From Prorocentrum cordatum (lineage: Eukaryota): a DNA stretch of 55,031 bases. Made by a program: the position numbers and the translations under genes. The notes under the pieces were generated by a model that worked only from the letters and a program-made list of their open reading frames with translations, had not been told where the DNA came from and searched no databases. Shown here in pieces: positions 35,344 through 44,300 of the stretch. The stretch covers positions 62,001 through 117,031 of the forward strand of contig CAUYUJ010000190.1 in NCBI GenBank assembly GCA_963575745.1, written 5' to 3'. Within the stretch, counting starts at the first letter, position 1. Each line of letters begins with the position of its first letter.

Positions 35344-38300
35344 ATGCGCTTCTCTATTCTCCTTGCCGCTCGCGCCCGTTCAGGTCCTGCAGCTTCTCGG
35401 CCCCAAGCTTGCTCTTCTCGCCCCCCGCTCCCCCCGCCGCGCGCGCGCGCGGCCAGGGCGCCAGGGGGCTTGCGGTTGCCACCGCCGCGCAGGTTCCTCT
35501 TCACCTACGCGGCGGTGTTCTACTTGCTGGGCTACGAGCTGCTTTGGGCCACTGCCGCAGGCAGGGGTCCCAACGCTTCCTCCGTGATCTGGCTGGTTCG
35601 GGGTCGCTCTTTCACCCCGCCAGTCAGAGCTCGGGTGGGGGTGGGCCGGCTGCCTCCTGTGGGCACCCGGCAGCGGCGAGTGTGCACACTCTCCGCTCGG
35701 GCGCCGCTGCCCCCCTGGCAGTGCGCGCCCGTGTCATCTGGGCGTGGCCCCAGCCAGGCCGTCCAGGCAGGCGTCTGACCTGCTCGCGGGTTCCTCCCGC
35801 GCCTGCCGCAGCTGCTGCTCGTGTGACGCTGGCTTCTGAGCCCCGTCCCGCAGGCTCGGCATCCGATGGCGCCTGCCTCCCTTTCGCCGCTACAAAACTC
35901 CCCTCCTTCCTCTTGCCTCTTCCCCTTGGACCCCGGAGCGGACGCCCATCTGAGGAGAGGAGTAGGAGGTGGAGTTCCCTCGCATCACGAGGAGGCCGCG
36001 CCATCGGCCCGGAAGAAGAGTGCTCGCGCTACGCCCGTTGCCGGCGCCACTCAAGGGTCGAGCCCGCCCGCCGCCGAACGGTCTATTGCTCGCGCCACGA
36101 GTGTCGCCGCCGCCTCTCGGAACACCGCCCGCCTGGCAACAGGCGGAGAGGCCACCGGCGCGAAGATAACGGCGTCCAGGACGGAGGAGTCGGAGTCGGT
36201 GGACCCTCTCTTTCTCCACTCCCCCTCTACTCCTCCCCCTCCAGTCGCCGCTTCGCCATGGCTCAGCTGCCGTTCGCGGCATCGTTTCCCTCGCGTGGGC
36301 AACGACAGGCGCGCGCGCGCCCAGGGCCCTTCGGGCGGATCGGGACCCAGCGGATTTGAGGGGGTTGGCATGCGCCCTTCCAGCGATGCTGCTACGGCCC
36401 CGCAGGGGAGGGGTCGTGCCGCCCACTCAACCGTCGGCCTGGCTCACCAGTCTGGCCGCCCGCCGCGAGCAAGTTTTCTGGCCGCCTCGCCCGCTCCCGC
36501 GGGTTTTCGGCCCCCTCCAGGGTCGGAGCCGTCGGTTGTCGAAACCAGGCGGGGCGGGAGCTCTGTTCGTTTGGCAATCACCCACGAGCTGTCGCGCGCG
36601 GTGCCTCCCCCGCCTACTGTAGCGGCGGACGCTGTGGATTCTGGCGGTTTGGAGGGGGTGGGTATGCGCTCCTCCAGCGATGCTGTTGCGGCCCCGCAGG
36701 GAGGGGTTCGTACCGCTCCCCCAGCCGCCACCGCAGTTAACCAGCTTAGCACCCCGCCGCGAGACGGTCCCAAGGCAGCTTTGCCCTCGCTTTCGGGACT
36801 CCAGCTCCCTTCAGGGTTGGAGCCGCCGTCACAGACGCGTGCCGAGCGCACAGGGCCACCGCGGAGCAGTCCCAGAGCCGCCTCGCCGACTCGCGCCAGC
36901 TTCCGGCCCCCCCCTGGGTTGGAGTCGCCGTTACAGCCGCGTGCTTGGCGGATGGGCCCACCGCCTGGCTTTGATGCACGAACACCAGCACTGCCGGCGG
37001 CAGCACCAACGCCTGCGCTTACGCCGGCACCAGCGCCAGCGCCTCCTCCTGCGCCGAGGCCGGCACCGATGCCTGCACGAGCGCCAGCACGGACAGCGGC
37101 AGCACCGACGCGTGCGCTTACACCAGCACCAGCGCCAGCGCCGCACCGACGTCAGCATCAACGCCAGCACCTGGCGGCGTCAGCACCGACGCTTGCGCTT
37201 ACGCCGGCACCAGCGCCAGCGCCTACGCCAGCACCGAGGCCAGCGCCGACGCCAGCCCTGACGCCAGCACAGACGGCGGCAGCACCGACGCCTGCGCTTC
37301 CGCCGGCACTAGCGCCAGCGATTACGCCAGGGGGCGCTTCGACAGTGTTGCCCTTCCACCCGCCACCTGGGTTTGAGGCGCTGTCGGGCCCTGCGGTCTG
37401 GCAGGTGGGGCCATCTCCCTGCCTCGCTAGCCTGGAGGCGGGCGCTCGGGTGCCGCCGCCGCACAACCGTTGCGCGACCGACGCCGCGGTTGGGTTTCCT
37501 TTTCCTGACAGCGGAAGTGGGCAGTCGGCGATCCCCTGCCTAGGGGCCTCACCCCTGCCTCCAAGGGAGCCGCTTGCGGTCAGTGCCTCCCGTGCGAGCG
37601 CCCACGCCATCTTGCACTCGCTCGGGCTACTCGGGAATCCAACCTCGGCGTCGACGGACCCCGCGTCCCTGCCAGTGTCGGCCCCCTTGTTGTCAGGCGC
37701 TACGCGACATGTTTCTGCTGCTGCTGCAGATGGTTTCGGGGTAGCTGGTACCTGCCTGCCGGGCGCCGCTGCTTCGGCGCCACAGAGCACGGGTCGCACC
37801 GATCCCTCAGCCCCCGCCGCAGCTCGCGATTTGGGCACGCCGCCGCAAAGCTGTCCTATGGCCACTTCGCCGTGTCTTCCAGGCTTCCTGCCCCCACCAG
37901 GGCTGGAGCCGCCGTCACGGCCGTGTGCCTCGCGTCGCTCTGGGGGCGCCCTCCGCGAGGCTAGAGGCGCTCCAGCCCTTCGCCGACGTGGCGGTTCGTC
38001 TGGGTTTTCAGCCATTCGGGATCGCGGCCACGTTGGCCAGGGCACCTGCGCCACCTCATCGCGTCCAGCTGCGCGCTGGGACCCCAGCTTCGGCGCTCGT
38101 CTCAGCGTGGGGGAAGGCTCGGTCGAACGCCCCTCCGCAGGCGCTCCCGCCTGCCCCTCCCGCGCGCGTCCCCCCGCCACTTGGGCGGGCCGACCCCGCT
38201 GCGGTCGCCGGCTCCGCCGAGGGGGTCGCAGGGGACGCACTGGGGCTGCCTGCCGAGGCGCCCCAGAGGGCTCTCGATCTGGCTTTCATCTGCCAGCGGG

Positions 38301-41300
38301 AGGCGCTGCAGCGGTGCATGTTCATCGTCCAGCTGGTGGGGGGCCGCGGCTACCTCGGAACCGCATGGTTCCTCACGGGGATCAAGCCCCCCCCGTGTCG
38401 CGTGACCTGGTGCGGGTGGCGGCAGGCCCTTGCCGCGCCCGTTCCGCCGGCTCCCAGGCCGCCGGCGGAGCCGCCCTCCACGGCGGCGCATCCCACCACA
38501 GGGGTGGACGCACGCGAGCTGCGTGCACCGGCCGAGGGTTCACGCAGCGGCGAGTCGCTGTAAGCGACGACGCTGCTGCTGCCAGGCGTGCCTGGGCTGA
38601 GCGAGGCCGTGAGAGTAGGCACGCGCTCCTCCAGCGATGCTGTTGCGGCCCCGCAGGGAGGAGTTCGTGCCGCTGTCGCGACTCTCGCTCTACCCCTGGC
38701 TCCCCTTCAGGGCCGAGTGGCCATTTTGGCAATTTTCACCGTGCTGCCGAAGCCCCTTCCGACGGGGACTCAGGCGCACCGCCCGTCGCTTCCATCGGTT
38801 CTGTTGCCAGTGGGAACCCCCCTCGAGTCGACTTGTCCTCCGGGGTCACTACCGTGCCACCGGCCCCTCGAGTTGACCTGTCCTCAGGGGCCGCTGCCAG
38901 TTCCGAAGCCTCTCGCGTTGACTTGTCCGCGGGGGATTCGAGGCCGTCTGCACCTACCGGCACCACGCCTTCCTTTCCCAAGGTCGCGCCCTTTGTCGCT
39001 GACCTTTCTGCCTTGCTGCGCCTGTTTCCTGGCGCGAACATCGATATCACCCATTGGGCTGCTGCTTTAGCTCAGGTTGGGATGGGTGCTCGTTGTTCTC
39101 TGTCGTCTTTCACCCGCACCTCCCTCAGCGCGTCGGCCCGGGACGGCTCGTACGTGTTGGAGCCGCCTCCCCGCGATCCTTGGCCGTGCCCTCCAGCGCC
39201 TTCTCTGCCGCCGCCTCCTGTAACCTTGACGGGTCGCGCGCGCGAGCGGTGGCGCTTGAGGCGCGCAGCGCGCACCTTAGCACAGCACGCCGTTGTTGCG
39301 CTAAACTGGCTCACCTTGGGCCATCCCAGCCTCGCTCCCATCGAGGCCCATGTGTGCACAGCGGCCACGCCCTGCCAGGAGGGTACTCGCGACCGCCTCG
39401 AGCGGTTGTGTCGGATCGCAGTTCGCCTTGCCCGCGGCGGCAAGAGCGACTTAGGTCGGGCTTTCTCCAAGTTCGACGCCACTGAAGTCTCGCTCCATGG
39501 CCTGGCCACCCATGTTGCAGCTATCGAGGCTTCCTTCACCTCCTCTTCCCAGGTGCCCGCCCCCATGCGGCAATGCCCGTCCAGCGCGCCTCCTGTGCCT
39601 GGATCGTTGGCTTCAGCGGCAGGCTGGGACTCCACCCAGTCTGAGCCCTTCGACCTCCGAGTCAGGGCGTCCCGCATCAAGTGGGATTATTCTCCGACGT
39701 TTGATCCCACTCCCTTCCTCGCCGACGCGCGGGTCCGCAAAGCTTTTCACGACCCCGAAACCATGCGTCTTCCGTCGGCCGAGTGGCCATCGGGCCTCCC
39801 GGGGGCCCGCGTCCACATGGACCGTGATCAGCTGTGGGAGCTTCTTCGGAAGTGGGACTCCTGCGGCGCCCTGTACTTGACTCCCACCTCAGACCTGGCT
39901 TGGGATGAGGCTTGCGGAGCGTTCAGGGTCCCCAAGGACAGCGAGTACGATCGGCTGATTCTTAATCCCACGGTGGTGAACAGTCGCTGTCAGAGCATTT
40001 CTTCCAGCACTCAGCGCCTTGGGCAGGGTTTCCTGCTCTGCCGCATGGGTCTCGCTGCAGGCGAGTGGTTGGTGGTGTCATGCGATGACTTACGCGAGTT
40101 CTATTACACCTTTAAGGTGCCACCAGCTCGAGCGAAGCGCAATGCCCTCCGCGTGCGGCTGCCCAGTGCGCGGTTCAAGGCATTCAATGCGTGGCGCCCT
40201 GACCTCGAGGGCGTGGATGTTTCCCCGTGCTTGAACGCGCTGGCTATGGGCGACAACATGGCCGTGGAAATCGCAAACTCTGCGCACGAGGGTGTCCTTC
40301 GCAGCTTCGGGGCTCTTCGCCCCCATGAGCAAGCTGTGCACAGGACTCCGTTTCCGCGTGGCCATTTCGTCGAGATGTTGAACATCGACGATCACACGGG
40401 CTTCCAGAAGCTGTCCTGGAATGGCCTAGCTCCCCGCCCCGACGACCCAAATCGTCGTGATAAGGAGGTGTTTGCTGCGTGCGACCGCGGCTACCCTCGC
40501 GTGGGGCTGGTCCAGCACCCTGGTAAGCGGACCCGTGGCGCGACTCATAAGGTCGTGGTCGGTGCCGAGGTGGAGGGTCGGATAGGCATCGTGTGCGCGC
40601 CTCTTGTGCGCACCGTGGCCCTGTGCCGGCTAACCCTCATCCAAGTGTACCTCGGTCATTCGACCCGCGCGGTGCTAGCGTCGCTCGTCGGATGTTGGGT
40701 GCAAGTGTTTCTCTTTCGCAGGCCCATGCTGTCGATTTTCACGCACGTCTACAACTTCCTGTCGTCGTTGTCGACGGAAGATGGGTTCGAATACGAGCTC
40801 CCCGTCTCCGTTCGCGACGAGCTGCTAGCCTGCGCTTACCTGGCCTTTGTCGCCATTAACGACCTTCGCGCGGGCTACTCCCCCGAAGTGTTCGGCACGG
40901 ACGCCTCCCTCGGCTGGGGGGGAGTGGTCCGCTCCTCGATCAGTCCACATCTCTCCCAAGAGTTGTGGCGCCGGTCTGAGCACGGAGGGTGGCACACGGT
41001 CCTCCACAACCGAAGTTTGCTTGCCGTGCTGGACCGGGGAGTCCCATTAGGCCCCGAGCTCACCCAGCTGCATCGCGATTTGGGGCTCCCTTCCATTGAG
41101 CCCCCAGTCGCGCCGCACTGGATAAGCGAACTGTCGGAAGCGCTGCACTTCCGCCTGGCCTATAAATGGGAATTTCGAATGCCGCGTCACATCAACATCC
41201 TGGAGGCCACTGTTTTCAAGAGTCTGTGCAAGTACTGCTGCGTTCGCATGCCGGACTCTCGGATCCCTGTGCTGCTCGATTCTAAGGTCGCCTTGGGCGC

Positions 41301-44300
41301 GGCCGCCCACGGTCGCAGCAGCTCTCCAGGGCTTTCCCATGTCCTCAGCACGGCTTTGCCTTACATCTTGAGCGGTGGCTTATACATGGGTGGCCTCTAT
41401 GTGCCCACCGACGTCCACAGGGCGGATGACCCCACCAGGAATCGGCCTGTGCGCCCCCCCTCCAGGGAGGCTCCTGCGTGGCTGGTCGACGCTGAGGCGG
41501 GCGATTTCGGTAGGTTCGATTGGGTCGCACTTGCTGACGCGCATTCTCCCTACCCCACTTGCCTATGGGGACGGCTCGCCGCGCTAGTCCTAGCACAGGG
41601 GCTCCTTGCGCGGGGGAATGCCCGGGCCGCCCATGGTCTGGCGGCACGTCCCCCTCTCTCGCCCGCCCCCGCGGCCGACGCATGGTTTGCAAGCGCGGCC
41701 GCCGCAACTGGGGTCGAGGCGCCGGTTTTTCTCGAAGCTCCCGGCACGCTTCCGCAGCCCGACCCAGCGCAAGCCGAGGCTCCAGAGATTCCTAGGCGGA
41801 ACGCCTCTCCCGCGGTGGGCGGCGGATGCCTCGGGGGAAGGAGCGCCGAAGGTGCCGCTGAGCTCTCCGCGCTTCCCCATGAAGCCTCCCAGGGCGCGTC
41901 GCCTTTCGAAGCGCCCTTCAGGCCGGGTGCGGCCCCCGTTGCCGCTGGCCCGCCCGGCGCGCCCGCCCAGCTTTCGGCGGCCAGGCCGAGGCTCGCCGCC
42001 CGGACCGATCCCAAGCGACCCGCCAAGGTTGCAAAGGTGCGGACGGCGCGCGAGCTCCTTCAGCTCAAACCGGGTGCCGACCGGTCGGCCATGGAACGCC
42101 AGTTCCGGCGGTTGGCCACGCCGCACCGCCCGGACAGGGCGCGCCATCGCCCATTGTCCGCATCGGACCGCGCGGACGCCTCTCCCCTCTGGTCCAGGTT
42201 CTGCGACGCGAAGTCGCTCCTGCTTGGCGAGGCTTCTCGTTGCCAGCCGGGAGCGGGAACCCTACCTTGCCAGGAACGGGAGCACGGGACTTGCCGCGGA
42301 GGCGTTCGTGCGGGCCCGCGCCTATATGCAAGAGCGCGGCCGTGGCCAGACGGGCGCGCCGCCGGCGCCTGCCAGTGCTTGCAGCCCGAGCTGGGCGGAG
42401 CACGGCCGGATTTCGGGGCCTCCGCCTCTGGGACTCCCTCGGCGCCCTGCTCTTCGCGCGGAAGGCGCCATCGGCCAGCTCGTCCAGCGGAAACGGTTCG
42501 CGCTGAGCGCCCCCGTCGTGCGCGCGCTGCTCGTGCGCCCGCGGCGCTGCTCTCGGCGCCTGGCGCGGCCGCGCCGCCCCCGGGTCGTAGGGCCAGGCGC
42601 ACTGCCAATTTCGCGCTGTGGGGCCAGCCTTGCGCGCGCCATCGCGCCGCCGCGTCGGCGGACGAGGGGCGTGAGCCTTTGCCTTCGCGCTCCTGGAGCC
42701 CGGGCCTTGGAGCAGGCGCGCCCGGTGCCCCCTCCAGCAGCGCCCGGCTCGGCAGCACCTCGAAGTGGCGCGACGCGCCGCTTGCGCCGGGGGACGGCGC
42801 CCGCGTTCCGCATACTTTTTCCGACCGCGCCCCGCGACGCCAGTCGGACTCGCAGGACGCGCCGCCAGTGGCGTCGCCGCGGGGCTCTCGCCGCGCACCG
42901 CCGCCGCGGGGCGCTCGCGCGAGCACCCGCTCGGCTGGCCCAGCCGCCCGCTTCGCGGCCGCTCCGCCGCCGCGCGGCTCCGGCAGCGACCCCGCTTGCG
43001 ACCTCGCTTCCGGAGCTCGCGACCCGCCCACGGTCACCGGCTCGGCGAGCTCCGGGAGCTTGCCGGTTGGCGCATTCTCGGCGCGGGGCGCCAGGATCAG
43101 CATGGGCCCTCCTGCTCGCGCCGCCAGTGCGCCACCAGCATTACGCGTCGACGGTGCACCCATGCGGGTTCCTGCGGATCGATTGCGGCCGAACGCGCTT
43201 GCGCGCATACCCGCGGCCTCGGGGCCCGCCGCCGCCTCCTTCGCCATGCTTGAGGCCGCGCCCCGTGCCGGGGCCAGTCCGAGGTCTCTTGGCCCCGCGG
43301 CCGCGCCTCGCGCCGCACTTCTGTCGGTGGACTCGCCCGTTGATAGCGCGGATCTCCCCCAACCTAGCGGAGCCGCGCACGAGAAGGGCTCAGACGCGTT
43401 GGCGGCTGCGCCACACCTTCTCGACTCCTTGGAGCCCTCTGCGCGCGCGGCTCGAGGCCTGCCCCAAGACGGGGCGTGCGCTACCTCGGTTGCGATGCGC
43501 ACCAGCCGAGTCGCTGGCCCAGCGGCCGCGGTTGCGCGGCGCGCGCGTGCCGACCGGCGCGCTCGCGCGCGATTCCTATCCTCGGTCGCCGCTGCCGAGG
43601 CCGCTCTCACCGAGGTTATGCTGGGAACAGGCGAAGAGACTGGCGAGAGCGCGGGAGAGCTGGCGAAGCGAATGCAGACGCTCTTAGCCGAGCTCGAGCG
43701 GCGCAAGGATGCGATGCGCATCGCCCGCTCTCGTCTTGCTGATTGCGTCAGAGAGGCCGCCTCCGCTGGATTCCCTGAGGCGGCGGCGTACTCGCCCTCG
43801 CCTGTGGCAGCGCCAACTGCCCTCGCGGAGGTGGACAGCGCCGCCGAGGCGGAGGCCAGGGTTGGTACGGGCTTGCACAGCGAGGCTGAGCCGGCGCGGC
43901 ATCGCGACGAGAGTGCCACCCTTGCCTGGCCTCGGCGAGTCCCCCACCCCGCGCGCCGCCGCCGCCGCAGGGCGGCAGAGACGGAGCCTCCCAGCGCTCC
44001 CTGGTCAGGCGCTGTTCTGACTTCGGCCGGCGATCGGCGCAAAAGAGCTCTCTACGCGTTCGAATTGTGGTGCGCCGAGGACGCAGGGGTGGCGCCACTT
44101 CCGCTGTATCGTAGTGGGATCCTGCTGTCGAGGTTCCTCGCAACGTTCGGCGTGTGGCTGCACGACGCAGGTTTCCCGCTCAACATCCTGGTGCACGCGA
44201 TCATAGGCGTCCAGGCACGTCTCCCTCATTGGAAGCCCTTTCTCACCGAGGCGTGGGGAGTGGCGAGGGCCTGGAAGCGGTCTCAGCCACCTCGCCTTCG

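Noticed and set aside
38713..38735. GCCATTTTGGC as an SL relict (also ~46904 and ~49028)
   Set aside because: Only the 10-11-nt core matches and the flanks disagree (13/21 at best here).
41606..44042. Long alternative-frame and antisense ORFs (693 aa, 660 aa) in the YR element
   Set aside because: Arg/Pro/Ala-rich shadows of GC-rich coding DNA with no motifs.
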